DNA of 64,000 bases from Gemmatimonadota bacterium. GTDB taxonomy: Bacteria > Gemmatimonadota > Gemmatimonadetes > Longimicrobiales > Gaopeijiaceae. Of this stretch, positions 8,665 to 19,113 are shown in pieces. A program made the position numbers and the translations under genes. The notes under the pieces are model-generated. The model was not told the DNA's origin. It did no database searches and worked only from the letters and a program-made list of their open reading frames with translations. Positions within the stretch are counted from its first letter, which is position 1, and every line of letters starts with the position of its first letter. The stretch lies in the NCBI GenBank assembly GCA_036986155.1, contig BTRA01000002.1, forward strand, positions 2,119 through 66,118, read 5' to 3'.

Positions 8665-11184
8665 CTACAGGCCCTCTGCGACCTCACGGAGTTCAGCCTG
8701 CCGCCGTACGTCCGCTTCCTCGAGTGCCGCTTGGATCGCCGGACAGCGGACACGGACTTCATCGAGGTCATCGCGCCTCAACTCGTAGAGTGCGCAAGGC
8801 GTTACTGCCCGGCAGGTAGCGGTGCGAGGCGTATTATGCAGCAAGGCGGTCTCACCGAAGAAGTCGCCGGCCATGAGCGTGGCGAGGTCTTCGGACACAT
8901 CCGCCTTGAGGAGTGAAACGCGGATCACTCCACGAGCCACCAGGAACAGCGACGATCCCGTGGTGCCCTGCCGCACGATGACTTCGCCCGCGGGTGCCGT
9001 GCGCCGCCGCAGTCTGCGGGCCAGGAGGCCGAATTCTTCGGGCGGCGTGTCCTGGAAGAACGGGACTTTCTTGAGGAGTTCCTCGGGGCTCACTTGGAGC
9101 TTCACGACCTGGCTGGCCCGGAGCGTTCTCAGCTCCTCCGCCATCTCTTGAAGCATGGTCTCTGCTACACCCTCTGGGATGATGCCTGAATGAGCCATTT
9201 CTTCGATCGCCTCGCGCTCGGCGTGCAACACCAAGCGGTCGGCCAGTCGCTCCTGCGCGGCGGAAACGAACTCGGGGAAGAGCTCGGCATTCTGATCGAG
9301 GCGGCTGCGCGCGTTCTCGTGCCAATACTCGTAGGCCGCCCTGGCCTCGTCCACGATGTCGGGGCGCGCCCTGTCGATCTCGGCGAGTTCGCCGAGTTCA
9401 TCGAGCACGCAGCGGCTGCCCCGGGAGCGGGCCCAGGCGATCTCATAATCCCGCGCTGTGCGATTGGCCCTCAACCCCTCGACGATCCCGCCGAGCCCCG
9501 GAATCCCGTCCATGATGCGATAGAGCACGTTCTCCAGGCGCTCGCCGGTTGGGGGGTGAAGTGTGAAGCCCGGAAGGTTCGCGTCGTGGCGGATTCCCTC
9601 GGTCTGTAGCTCGATCGAGTGGGTGAGATTCCGGTAGGCGCGTTCCGAGAGATGGCCCCGCGAGAACATTTGGTAGTACAGCGTGTTCTCGACGCCGAAG
9701 CACCTGAGATGGAGGAGCTTGCGCTCTTCGTCCAGGTCGAGTTCGTCCGCCCGTAGCTGCTCGAGTGCGGCCTTCATCGTAGCGATCCCCTCCTCGCATC
9801 GGTCTCGGATGCCCTCTGCGATACGAGGAGCGAACAGGCCGCCCGCTCGCAGCTCTGGGATTTGTTCGAGGGTCCTAGTCTTGGCCGAAAGCAGACCTTC
9901 GAAGCGAGCTAGGCGGTCGGAGAGCGGAGGCACGTGAAGGCCGAAGCGCCGCACGAGGTGCTCCATGGTCAGGCCTTGGAAAATCAGCGTGAAGAGCACC
10001 GCCCCTGCAACGAGAACGACAAACGTCTCCCGCAGGCCCTCCGCGTCTTCCGGCACGACACTCAGCGCGATGGCCAGCGCGACGCCGCCACGCAGTCCAC
10101 CCCAGAACATCACGGTTCGGTATCGAACGTCGACTGGATCGGAACCCGGAAGGCGGCCGACAAGCGGTACCAGGGTGAAGATGACCAGGGCCCGCGAAGC
10201 GATCATCGCGAGGATCACCCAACCGAGGGCGGGGAGGTACCGAGCGATCCCTGAGATGTCTGCGGTCTGCCCGATGGTGACGCCGACCAGCAGAAAGATG
10301 AGGGCGTTCGCCACAGTGGAAGCGTACTCCCAGAAGTGGACCATATAACCCGCCACCGACGGCGAGATCTTGGCCTTGCCCCATCCGCCGATCACCATGC
10401 CGGCCGCGACCGTGGCCATGACGCCACTCAACCGCAAGGTCTCTTCGGCCAGCACGAAGGAGAAGTAGGCCAGGACGGTGGTGAGCGAGATTTCGATGAA
10501 CGCGTCGCCCTCCACCCGGCCCAACGCCAACCCCACAAGCACGGCGGCCGCCCACCCGACCAGGAGCCCCCCGAGAAAGACGAGGAAGAAATCGCCGACG
10601 CCGAGCAGGATCGTTTGGGAGGTAATCACTCCGGCGGCCATGATGCCCACAAGGATGTTCGCCAATACGATGGCGGTCGCGTCGTTGAACAGGCTCTCGC
10701 CCTCGACGAGGATCGTCAGGCGCTTGGGGGCACCGAGTTGACGGAAGAGGGAGATCACGGCGACCGGGTCTGTGGCGCTGAGGATCGACCCGAGCAGCAG
10801 CGCCTCAGGCCACCCCATGCCGGTCGCGAATACCATGACCGCGCCGATCACGGCGGTCGAGATCAGCAGGCCCGGGATCGCGAGCATCAACACGGAGGAG
10901 AGGTTCTCCCGGAGCGCTCTGACTTCGAGATTGAATGCGGACTCGAAGACCAGCGCCGGAAGCAGCACGAAGAACACCAACTCGGGAGGCATGTCCAGGT
11001 CGAGGACGCCGCCCAGCGCCTCTCCGCCGACCTTCGCCATCTGCGCCAGCGCGATCCCAACCAGCACGAGGGCGACCGTGAAGGGCATTCGCACCCTTTT
11101 CGCGAGCGCCATCGTGCCGGCTGCGACCAACAACAAAGTGACCGCCGAATAGACGATCTGGACGATTTGGTGACCTCCCCCCAC
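8665..11184 (-). CDS. CPA1 (NhaP-type) Na+/H+ antiporter fused to a C-terminal cyclic-nucleotide-binding domain
   Basis: The membrane domain carries NhaP blocks (SILSATDPVAV, EGESLFNDA). The C-terminus carries a cNMP-binding signature (FFGETALL...PRTATCRA). The start is placed at GTG 11184, just after the upstream gene's stop. The track ORF extends to 11328 inside that upstream gene. Confidence 0.88.
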   Translation of the reverse strand: MGGGHQIVQIVYSAVTLLLVAAGTMALAKRVRMPFTVALVLVGIALAQMAKVGGEALGGVLDLDMPPELVFFVLLPALVFESAFNLEVRALRENLSSVLMLAIPGLLISTAVIGAVMVFATGMGWPEALLLGSILSATDPVAVISLFRQLGAPKRLTILVEGESLFNDATAIVLANILVGIMAAGVITSQTILLGVGDFFLVFLGGLLVGWAAAVLVGLALGRVEGDAFIEISLTTVLAYFSFVLAEETLRLSGVMATVAAGMVIGGWGKAKISPSVAGYMVHFWEYASTVANALIFLLVGVTIGQTADISGIARYLPALGWVILAMIASRALVIFTLVPLVGRLPGSDPVDVRYRTVMFWGGLRGGVALAIALSVVPEDAEGLRETFVVLVAGAVLFTLIFQGLTMEHLVRRFGLHVPPLSDRLARFEGLLSAKTRTLEQIPELRAGGLFAPRIAEGIRDRCEEGIATMKAALEQLRADELDLDEERKLLHLRCFGVENTLYYQMFSRGHLSERAYRNLTHSIELQTEGIRHDANLPGFTLHPPTGERLENVLYRIMDGIPGLGGIVEGLRANRTARDYEIAWARSRGSRCVLDELGELAEIDRARPDIVDEARAAYEYWHENARSRLDQNAELFPEFVSAAQERLADRLVLHAEREAIEEMAHSGIIPEGVAETMLQEMAEELRTLRASQVVKLQVSPEELLKKVPFFQDTPPEEFGLLARRLRRRTAPAGEVIVRQGTTGSSLFLVARGVIRVSLLKADVSEDLATLMAGDFFGETALLHNTPRTATCRAVTPCALYELRRDDLDEVRVRCPAIQAALEEADVRRQAELREVAEGL

Positions 11185-11186
11185 GA

Positions 11187-12278
11187 CTACGCTCTCCCCG
11201 CCACGGGCCTGGAGATCATCGCCCCTCCTACATGGTCGCATACGGCCCTGATCTCGCTGGGCGATCCCAGGAGGATCAGGACGGACTTTTCCGCCAGCGT
11301 CATGCCGGCGGGTGGGTTGTAGCACCACTGGCCGCTGGGTTCACGGCATGCCACAAGGAGCGCGTTCGAAATCCTCCCCAGGTCGAGTGCTCGGATCTCC
11401 TTGCCGACAGCGGAAGATCCGGGGGGTAGGGTTACCTCGTCGATTCGGAGGTTGGCGTCTCGATCTCGCAGCATCGTATCGAGGAAGGACACTACCGTCG
11501 GACGGATCAACTCGGAGGCTAACCGGAGACCGCCGATGAAGTTGGGTGATACGACCGCGTCCGCCCCGACCCGTCGGATCTTGTCGCTGGAGTCCACGTC
11601 TGCCACCCTCGACACGATTCGCAGTGAAGGATTGAGTTGGCGGGCGCTCAGGGTCACGACCAGGTTCTCCTTGTCGCTCTCTGTGCACGCGACCAGACCG
11701 GCGGCGCGTGCGATTCCGGCCGATTCGAGGATCTCGTCGCTGGCAGGGTCCCCCACTACGATCGGAGTGTCTGGGAGCTCTTTTCGAACGTGGTCCCACC
11801 GCTCCGCGTGATCGCAGATGATCACGATCTCGCGCATTACCGCCAGCAACTCGGCCGCCGTGTAAAGGGCCGTACCTCCGGAGCCGCATACGATGAGATG
11901 GTCGGAAAGGTTCGCTATTGTCTTCTCCACCTGTCGCCTCCGGAAGACGTGTCCTAGGTGGCCCTCGAGAATGAACGCGGTGGCCGTGGTCAGAAAGTAG
12001 AAAACAGCACCCATTCCGACGAGGATGAGGACGGCGGTGAAGAGGCGTCCGCCGGGACTGCCGCTCAAATCGATGATTTCCCCATACCCCACCGTGGTGA
12101 GGGTGATGATGGTCATGTAGAAGGCGTCGACCCAGCCAGCGGCCGGGTCGATGATCCCGTAAAAGGCCGTTCCGGCGCCAATGACCGCGATCATGATGAA
12201 CACGACACGGGAGAGGCGTGCCTTCAATCGGCGGAGGTCTTCTTCCCAATCGCCTTGCGGCGCGTCGTAGGGATTCAA
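11187..12278 (-). CDS. Two-TM potassium channel with an RCK (TrkA-N/TrkA-C) domain, MthK/Kch-like
   Basis: Carries the selectivity filter TLTTVGYGE. A Rossmann-like segment LIVCGSGGTA follows, and a TrkA-C-like C-terminus. Confidence 0.9.
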   Translation of the reverse strand: MNPYDAPQGDWEEDLRRLKARLSRVVFIMIAVIGAGTAFYGIIDPAAGWVDAFYMTIITLTTVGYGEIIDLSGSPGGRLFTAVLILVGMGAVFYFLTTATAFILEGHLGHVFRRRQVEKTIANLSDHLIVCGSGGTALYTAAELLAVMREIVIICDHAERWDHVRKELPDTPIVVGDPASDEILESAGIARAAGLVACTESDKENLVVTLSARQLNPSLRIVSRVADVDSSDKIRRVGADAVVSPNFIGGLRLASELIRPTVVSFLDTMLRDRDANLRIDEVTLPPGSSAVGKEIRALDLGRISNALLVACREPSGQWCYNPPAGMTLAEKSVLILLGSPSEIRAVCDHVGGAMISRPVAGRA

Positions 12279-12505
12279 GGGCTAGCGAGGGACGGAGGAA
12301 GCGGTCCGGGCCATGGACCGGAACAAACCCGTCTGCAGATTGGCCGACTCAATGTTTGGCGGCGCACGTGGAAGCGCAAGAATTCGATCGCCCACCCAGT
12401 TGATCAACATGGGAGATAGAAGCACTGTACGCATTGCACGGGGATGGTCGATGCGGGCATCTTTACGCCGTCGTGAACGACAAGACCACCCTACAGCAGG
12501 ACCTC

Positions 12506-13126
12506 ATGGCGCACATCCCCTACGTACCCTATGAAGAAGCCGATGGCCTTCTGGGAGAGCTGTATTCTCGCTACGCCGCGGCGGACGGGCGGTTGGACAA
12601 CATCGTCCGTATCCATTCGCTGAATCCTCCTTCGATGCAGCACCATCTGCAGCTCTACTCCCATTTGATGCGAGGCCGGTCCCCCCTAAGCCGAGTGCAG
12701 AGAGAGATGATCGCTGTGACGGTGTCCGCCGCGAACGACTGCTTCTATTGAATGAACCATCACGGAGCGGGTCTCCGTCGGCTGTTGGGGAGCAGCGAGG
12801 TTCCCCGGGCACTGGCTCGGGATTATCGATGCGCCGAGATTTCCGCGCAGGATCGGGCCATGTTGGACTACGCCGTGCGCCTGACGCGGGAGCCGGGTGG
12901 GATGGGAGAAGTCGATGTTGCCGCCCTGAAGGAGGCCGGCTTCGACGACACAGGCATCTTGGATATCTGTCAGGTAAGCGCGTATTACAACTACGTGAAC
13001 CGTCTCGCAGACGGCCTTGGTGTCCGACTCGAGCCTGAATGGACGGATGACGAGATGACGATCACGCACGAGGAGTTTGGAGTGCGCCGCGAGCAGAGGC
13101 TCGAGAGGACGGGCGGGGACGAGTGA
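12506..13126 (+). CDS. AhpD/carboxymuconolactone-decarboxylase-like 'peroxidase-related enzyme'; candidate selenoprotein with in-frame TGA at 12749-12751 (CFYU motif)
   Basis: Track ORFs 12434..12751 and 12752..13126 are in the same frame, separated only by TGA. The joined sequence ...VSAANDCFY-[TGA]-MNHHGAGL... recreates the family's CxxC..H active-site block, with the TGA at the second Cys position. The likely start is ATG 12506 (MAHIPYVPYEEADG...). The stop overlaps the hutH start (GTGA). Confidence 0.7.
12762..12778 (+). promoter_or_regulatory. bSECIS-like hairpin downstream of the in-frame TGA
   Basis: ACGGAG-CGGGT-CTCCGT: a 6-bp stem with a 5-nt loop containing GG. The loop starts about 19 nt after the U of the UGA, which is the spacing expected for bacterial SECIS elements. 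Confidence 0.5.
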
Positions 13127-14625
13127 TCGAACTCACGGGTCATTCGTTGACGCTGGAGGCGGTGGAAGCGGTCGCGAACGACCGAGTCGAAGTATCCCTG
13201 GGCCGGCAGGCTCGGGTCGCCATCATCGAAGCACGTGGGTTTGTCCGGCGACTGCTCGAGACGGGCGAGAAGATCTACGGCGTCACTACGGGTTTCGGTC
13301 GTCTCGCCGATGTCGTGATTGCCCCGAACCAGCAGGTGGAGCTCCAGCGCAACCTGATTCGAAGTCATTCGGCGGGTGTCGGAGATGCTCTTTCCTGCTC
13401 CGAGGTGCGAACTATCCTGTTGCTGCGCGCGAACGCGCTGTGTCGGGGACATTCGGGATGTCGGGTGGAAGTCGTCGAGCGGCTGATTGAAATGCTGAAC
13501 CACGGCATCCATCCAGTCGTCCCAGAGATGGGATCGGTGGGCGCTTCGGGGGACCTCGCTCCGCTCGCGCACATCGCTCTGACGATCCTGGGGGAGGGGT
13601 TCGTGCTAGGCGATGGTTCGCCGGTTGCTAGTGCGGACGCCCTGGCGGCGGTGGGGTTGGAGCCCATGGACCTCAGAGAAAAAGAGGGCCTGGCGTTGAT
13701 CAACGGCACTCAGGCTCATACGGGGCTGGGCGTGCTCGCCCTCCGCGCGGCCGAGCGAGCGCTCGAAGCCATCGAGGTTGCGGGGGCCATGAGTCTCGAC
13801 GCCCTGAAGGGCACGCCCGAAGCCTTTCGTGAGGAGGTCCAGGCAGTGCGGCCACATGCAGGACAAGCCGCGAGCGCCCGGCGATTGTGGTCCCTTCTCC
13901 TGGGCTCCGAAATCCGCGAATCTCATCGCATCGACGATCCTCGCGTCCAGGATGCATACTCCTTGAGATGTATGCCTCAGGTTCACGGTGCGGGCCGCTC
14001 GGCGCTCGCCTATGTTCGAGGAGTGGTTGAAGTGGAGGTGAACAGCAGCACGGACAACCCGCTCATCTTCCCCGAGGCGGGTGTGGTCGTGTCGGCGGGA
14101 AACTTCCACGGGCAGATCGTCGCTCAGGCGTTGGATTTTCTGACCATCGCGATCACGGACCTCGCGTCCATCAGCGAACGAAGGATCGAACGCTTGTTGA
14201 ATCCGGACCTCTCGGGACTGCCGGCCTTCCTGACGACGTCACCGGGCCTGAGTTCGGGTCTCATGATCGCTCAAGTTACCGCTGTGGACCTGCTGGCGGA
14301 GATGCGTGTGCTGGCCCATCCAGTCAGCACGGACTCGGTGCCGACAAGCGCCAGCCAGGAGGATCATGTGTCGATGGGAATGGCCGCTGCTCGGAAGGCG
14401 CGACGGGCTGTCCGTAACCTGGAGTACGTGGTGGCGATGGAGTTCCTGGCGGCAGCGCAGGCGATCGAGTTCCATCGTCCGTTGAAATCCGGGCCTCCGA
14501 TCGAAGCGGCGTTGGCGTTGATCCGGGAGCGGGTGCCGCGCCTGGAAGACGACCGTAGCCTGACAGGGGATATGGAATCCATCGCGGATCTCGTGAGAAG
14601 CGGTGTATTGGGAGTGGTCGCATGA
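13123..14625 (+). CDS. hutH: Histidine ammonia-lyase
   Basis: 500 aa. The MIO-forming motif [11 protein letters not shown] is present, and HAL blocks run the full length. Confidence 0.97.
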   Translation: MIELTGHSLTLEAVEAVANDRVEVSLGRQARVAIIEARGFVRRLLETGEKIYGVTTGFGRLADVVIAPNQQVELQRNLIRSHSAGVGDALSCSEVRTILLLRANALCRGHSGCRVEVVERLIEMLNHGIHPVVPEMGSVGASGDLAPLAHIALTILGEGFVLGDGSPVASADALAAVGLEPMDLREKEGLALINGTQAHTGLGVLALRAAERALEAIEVAGAMSLDALKGTPEAFREEVQAVRPHAGQAASARRLWSLLLGSEIRESHRIDDPRVQDAYSLRCMPQVHGAGRSALAYVRGVVEVEVNSSTDNPLIFPEAGVVVSAGNFHGQIVAQALDFLTIAITDLASISERRIERLLNPDLSGLPAFLTTSPGLSSGLMIAQVTAVDLLAEMRVLAHPVSTDSVPTSASQEDHVSMGMAAARKARRAVRNLEYVVAMEFLAAAQAIEFHRPLKSGPPIEAALALIRERVPRLEDDRSLTGDMESIADLVRSGVLGVVA

Positions 14626-14638
14626 ACCGGAGCGTGAG

Positions 14639-16318
14639 GTGACTGGGTCGGCGGTGGGGCAGGGGGTCCGCGTGGTGAGAGCTCCACGGGGGTCGGAGTT
14701 GTCGTGCCGCGGATGGACTCAGGAAGCAGCTTTGCGCATGCTCATGAACAACCTCGATCCGGAGGTCGCCGAGCGCCCTGAGGATCTTGTGGTCTACGGC
14801 GGCACGGGACGGGCTGCTCGAAGCTGGCAAGCCTTCGACCAGATCGTGGCATGCCTGCGAGCGCTCGCCGGCGACGAAACCTTGCTTATCCAGTCGGGGA
14901 AACCGGTGGGCGTGTTCAAGACTCACCGGGGAGCGCCCCGGGTACTGATCGCCAACTCGAATCTGGTAGGCCGCTGGGCGAACTGGGAGACGTTCCGCGA
15001 GTTGGAGCGGCAGGGGTTGATCATGTACGGCCAGATGACGGCTGGCTCGTGGATCTATATCGGCACACAAGGCATTCTCCAGGGCACGTACGAGACGTTC
15101 GGCGCGATGGCGCGGGAGCACTTCGGTGGGTCGCTCGAGGGAAGGTGGGTGTTGACTGGGGGGATGGGCGGCATGGGAGGTGCGCAGCCCCTGGCCGCTA
15201 CCATGAACGGAGGTTCGATCGTGGTGGTCGAAGTCGACGCCTCGCGTATCGAGCGGCGCCTGGAAACTCGTTACTGTGATCGAATGACCGCCGACTTGGA
15301 CGAGGCTTTGGAGTGGGTCCAGAGCGCGGCGGCCGAAGGTGAGGCGGTGAGTATCGGCCTGGTTGGGAATTGCGCCGAGGTCCTGCCCGAGATCGCGAGC
15401 CGGGGCATCGTGCCCGACATCGTGACGGATCAGACGTCGGCGCACGACCCGCTGAACGGATACGTGCCTCCCGGGCTGGATCTGGCGGCGGCGGCGCGCC
15501 TGCGCGATGCGGACCCGGATGATTATCTGCGGCGGTCCTCTGCGGGAATGCGTGTGCATTGCGAAGCGATGGTCGAGCTGATGAACGCCGGCGCGGTCGC
15601 CGTGGACTATGGCAACAACCTCCGCGCTCAGGCGCGCGACGCGGGGTTCGAGAACGCGTTCGCGTTCCCCGGCTTCGTGCCCGCGTACATTCGGCCTCTT
15701 TTCTGTGAGGGGCGGGGTCCCTTCCGATGGGTCGCTCTGTCGGGTGACCCGGCGGACATTCACCGTACGGATCGCCTGGTTCTGGAGATGTTTCCGGAGG
15801 ACGAGCATCTCGGTCGTTGGATCCGGCTTGTTCGAGAGCGGGTCGAGTTCCAAGGCCTGCCCGCTCGGATCTGCTGGCTGGGCCAAGGAGACAGGGCCCG
15901 CTTCGGGGTTGCCATGAACGACCTTGTAGCCAATGGGGAGGTCTCCGCGCCCATCGTGATCGGGCGGGACCATCTGGACACCGGCTCGGTGGCATCGCCC
16001 TTCCGGGAGACGGAGGCGATGCTCGACGGGAGTGACGCCATCGCCGACTGGCCGATCTTGAACGCCTTGCTGAACACTGCGTCCGGGGCGAGCTGGGTGT
16101 CTTTCCACCATGGAGGTGGAGTCGGTATCGGTGACTCGCTACATGCCGGGCAGGTGCTCGTGGCCGATGGATCGGCTGAGATGGCAGTGCGGATCGAGAG
16201 GGTTCTGACCAACGATCCTGGACTGGGCGTGGCCCGGCACGCCGATGCCGGATACGAGAAGGCCGTGGAGACAGCGCACCGGGAGGGCATCGTCATCCCC
16301 GGCGAAGCGCCTTCTTAG
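14639..16318 (+). CDS. hutU: Urocanate hydratase
   Basis: Urocanase blocks are present ([38 protein letters not shown]). GTG 14639 has GGAG upstream. The track ORF starts at 14603, inside hutH. Confidence 0.95.
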   Translation: MTGSAVGQGVRVVRAPRGSELSCRGWTQEAALRMLMNNLDPEVAERPEDLVVYGGTGRAARSWQAFDQIVACLRALAGDETLLIQSGKPVGVFKTHRGAPRVLIANSNLVGRWANWETFRELERQGLIMYGQMTAGSWIYIGTQGILQGTYETFGAMAREHFGGSLEGRWVLTGGMGGMGGAQPLAATMNGGSIVVVEVDASRIERRLETRYCDRMTADLDEALEWVQSAAAEGEAVSIGLVGNCAEVLPEIASRGIVPDIVTDQTSAHDPLNGYVPPGLDLAAAARLRDADPDDYLRRSSAGMRVHCEAMVELMNAGAVAVDYGNNLRAQARDAGFENAFAFPGFVPAYIRPLFCEGRGPFRWVALSGDPADIHRTDRLVLEMFPEDEHLGRWIRLVRERVEFQGLPARICWLGQGDRARFGVAMNDLVANGEVSAPIVIGRDHLDTGSVASPFRETEAMLDGSDAIADWPILNALLNTASGASWVSFHHGGGVGIGDSLHAGQVLVADGSAEMAVRIERVLTNDPGLGVARHADAGYEKAVETAHREGIVIPGEAPS

Positions 16319-16340
16319 GCGAAGAGGGCCGGCGAGCCGT

Positions 16341-17711
16341 TCAGGACAAGAGCTGCCTCATGGTGTTTCGGTAGCGGTCGGCGATGGGCTCCTCGCTGCC
16401 GTGGTGGCCGTCCCGCACTACCCAGCTACCGCCGACCATTACGTCCGAGACGGGCGATCCCGTGGCTGAAAACACCCACGAATCCAGAAGAGTATCACCG
16501 GTTCGCCCAACCAGCGTGGGGTGATCAGGGTCGAGCACCACGATGTCGGCCCGATGCCCCTCTGCGAGGGCGCCCAACGGACGCCCCGCCGCCCGAGCAC
16601 CGCCTTTCAGGGTCTCCTGATAGAGGAACTCCCCCGTGGATCGGTCATGCCCTCGAGCCGAGACGTTGCGGTTCTCCCACAACAGGCGCTGGCCGTATTC
16701 GAGGAGGCGCAACTCGGCAGCGGGGTCTACCGTCACGTGGCTGTCTGATCCGATGCCGATGGTCCCACCCGCGCCGAGGAAGTCCGAGAGAGGGAATACG
16801 CCATCACCGAGATTGGCCTCCGTGGTCGGGCACAGGCCTACGACCGCGCCTGACGTCGAGAGGGCACGGATTTCATCGGGTGCGAGGTGAGTCGCATGGA
16901 TGATACACCAGCGCGAGTCGAGCGGGCTGTTGTCGACCAGCCACTCCACCGGCCGGGCTCCGAGTGCAGCGACGCACTCGTCGACCTCGCGGCGCTGCTC
17001 CGCCACATGCATGTGGATCGGCGCCTCAGAGTCGAGGGACCAGATTGCGGATACCGTGGGCGCCAACTGCTCGGCAGGCACCGCCCGAAGACTGTGAAGA
17101 CCCAGGCCAACCCGGCGCTGCGGATCACCTGCAGTCTCGGCAATGAGCCCCTCGAGCAGCAGGAGCAGGATGTCCGCGTCCATGACGAAACGCCGTTGGG
17201 CATCCGACAACGGGGCACCGAAGCCCCCGTCGCAATAGAGCGTAGGAACGTGCGTGATTCCGATTCCCGCGGTGGCCGCCGCCCATAGGATGGCGTCCGA
17301 CATCGCCCCGAGAGGTGCGTAGGCCCCCCCCTGCGGATCCTTGTGCAGGTAGTGGAACTCCACGACGGACGTGAACCCGGCTTGCAACATCTCAACGTAG
17401 AGCTGTGCCGCGATGGCCTGCACGTCGTCCGGCGTCAGCGAAGAAACGAAGTCGTACATCACGTCACGCCAACTCCAAAAGGTCCCCGCCTCTTCCGAAC
17501 CATGCTCGGCCAATCCGGCCATTCCGCGCTGAAACGCGTGCGAGTGGAGATTCACCGCGCCGGGGAGGGCCACGCCCTGTAGGATGTCGGCCCCACCGGG
17601 ATCGGAGTCGGGTCGAACGTCCGTAAAGAATCCTTGCTCGTCGACACCGAGGGAGACTGCGTTGGACCATCCGGTAGGGAGCAGTGCGCTTTGGGCAAAG
17701 TAGGACGCCAT
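16341..17711 (-). CDS. hutF: Formimidoylglutamate deiminase (amidohydrolase superfamily)
   Basis: 456 aa with the metal-binding NLHSHAFQR motif. It sits in hut context, between hutU and hutI. Confidence 0.85.
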   Translation of the reverse strand: MASYFAQSALLPTGWSNAVSLGVDEQGFFTDVRPDSDPGGADILQGVALPGAVNLHSHAFQRGMAGLAEHGSEEAGTFWSWRDVMYDFVSSLTPDDVQAIAAQLYVEMLQAGFTSVVEFHYLHKDPQGGAYAPLGAMSDAILWAAATAGIGITHVPTLYCDGGFGAPLSDAQRRFVMDADILLLLLEGLIAETAGDPQRRVGLGLHSLRAVPAEQLAPTVSAIWSLDSEAPIHMHVAEQRREVDECVAALGARPVEWLVDNSPLDSRWCIIHATHLAPDEIRALSTSGAVVGLCPTTEANLGDGVFPLSDFLGAGGTIGIGSDSHVTVDPAAELRLLEYGQRLLWENRNVSARGHDRSTGEFLYQETLKGGARAAGRPLGALAEGHRADIVVLDPDHPTLVGRTGDTLLDSWVFSATGSPVSDVMVGGSWVVRDGHHGSEEPIADRYRNTMRQLLS

Positions 17712-17814
17712 GCGCCGAGTCTAGACCGTGGATCGGGGCGAGGCTAGTGTTGCTCGACCTTCGGGAAGCCTACCCTTGGGGACCAGCGCCGAAACCTGGG
17801 CGGAGAGCGGGAAC

Positions 17815-19050
17815 TTGGACGCCGCAAGCAGGATCTGGACAAACGCGAATGTCGCGACGTTCGCCACGAGCAGCACGGAGCCGTATGGATCGGTCCTTGG
17901 AGCAGCCGTAGCCGTCAGGGATGGACGCATCCTCTGGGTCGGTCGCGATGACTCGATACCGGCTGGGCTTCTCGCCTCACAGACCGAGATGGTGGATCTC
18001 GGCGGTCGTTGGGTTACACCGGGCTTGGTCGACTGTCACACCCATCTCGTGTTCGCTGGTGACCGCGCCGACGAGTTCGAGCGCCGGCTCCTGGGTGAGT
18101 CGTACGAGGAGATCGCCCGTGGTGGGGGGGGGATCAGGTCCACCGTGGCGGCAACACGGGCGGCCTCGTTCGATACGTTGCTCTGCGCCGCCGAGGGACG
18201 CCTGCGTGCGTTGGCTTCCGAGGGCGTGACCACGGTAGAGATCAAGTCCGGTTACGGCCTGGAGCTGGACACAGAGATGCGTATGCTACAGGTGGCGAGG
18301 GAGCTTGGGAGGCGCAATCCCGTACGAGTAGTGGGCACGCTCTTGGGCGCCCATGCTCTGCCGCAGGAATTCGAAGGTCGTTCTGCCGAGTATCTCTCGG
18401 TGGTATGTGACGAGATGATTCCGCGGGCTGTCGAGGAGGGCCTCGCCGAGTGTGTAGACGCTTTCTGTGAAGAAATCGCGTTCACTGCAGAGGAGTGCGG
18501 GGCGGTCTTCGATGCGGCCAAGGCGAGAGGACTGCCGGTGAGACTTCATGCCGACCAGCTGTCGGACTCCGGCGGGGCGGAGCTGGCGGCGAGTCATGGG
18601 GCGCTCTCGGCGGACCATCTGGAGTTCGCCTCGGAGGGGGGGGTCCGGGCCATGGCGGCGGCCGGCACGGTGGCGGTGCTCCTGCCCGGCGCGTTCTACC
18701 ATCTCCGGCAGACGACGATGCCTCCCGTGGACACGCTGCGAGAGAGCGGCGTGGTGATCGCGTTGGCGACCGACGCAAACCCGGGCTCGTCTCCGGTTCT
18801 GTCTCCACTCGCCATCCTTCACATGGGGTGCACCCTATTCGGTTTGACCCCTGAAGAGGCGTTGGCCGGAATGACGAGAAACGGGGCCCGCGCATTGGGG
18901 CTTGGAGAGGAGATCGGTACGATAGAGGAAGGGAAAGCCGCCGACTTGGCCGTATGGGACGTCGATCATCCGCGCGAGCTGTGCTATTGGCTGGGCGGGA
19001 CGCCGTGTCACGCCGTGATCAGCGGAGGAGAATTCGCGTACTCCACCTGA
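17815..19050 (+). CDS. hutI: Imidazolonepropionase
   Basis: HutI blocks are present ([24 protein letters not shown]). The TTG at 17815 with GGAG about 9 nt upstream gives a typical ~411-aa protein. The track start at 17728 would leave only 16 bp to the divergent hutF. Confidence 0.9.
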   Translation: MDAASRIWTNANVATFATSSTEPYGSVLGAAVAVRDGRILWVGRDDSIPAGLLASQTEMVDLGGRWVTPGLVDCHTHLVFAGDRADEFERRLLGESYEEIARGGGGIRSTVAATRAASFDTLLCAAEGRLRALASEGVTTVEIKSGYGLELDTEMRMLQVARELGRRNPVRVVGTLLGAHALPQEFEGRSAEYLSVVCDEMIPRAVEEGLAECVDAFCEEIAFTAEECGAVFDAAKARGLPVRLHADQLSDSGGAELAASHGALSADHLEFASEGGVRAMAAAGTVAVLLPGAFYHLRQTTMPPVDTLRESGVVIALATDANPGSSPVLSPLAILHMGCTLFGLTPEEALAGMTRNGARALGLGEEIGTIEEGKAADLAVWDVDHPRELCYWLGGTPCHAVISGGEFAYST

Positions 19051-19113
19051 GGCCGATCGATGATCCCGGCGTCCCTCTCTCTTCTAGACCCCCTCGCCGC
19101 CGGAGGCCGGCCC

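Noticed and set aside
14324-16111. Very long antisense ORFs. Examples: 14324..16111 (595 aa), 28552..29853 (433 aa), 44537..45799 (420 aa), 51848..53080 (410 aa), 50110..51273 (387 aa), 25963..27102 (379 aa), 10336..11322 (328 aa), 59819..60772 (317 aa), 47351..48262 (303 aa), 11341..12249 (302 aa).
   Set aside because: Each lies opposite or out of frame to a gene with clear conserved motifs. Their products are Arg/Pro/Gly/His-rich with no recognisable domains. Such shadow ORFs are expected in high-GC DNA because stop codons are rare.
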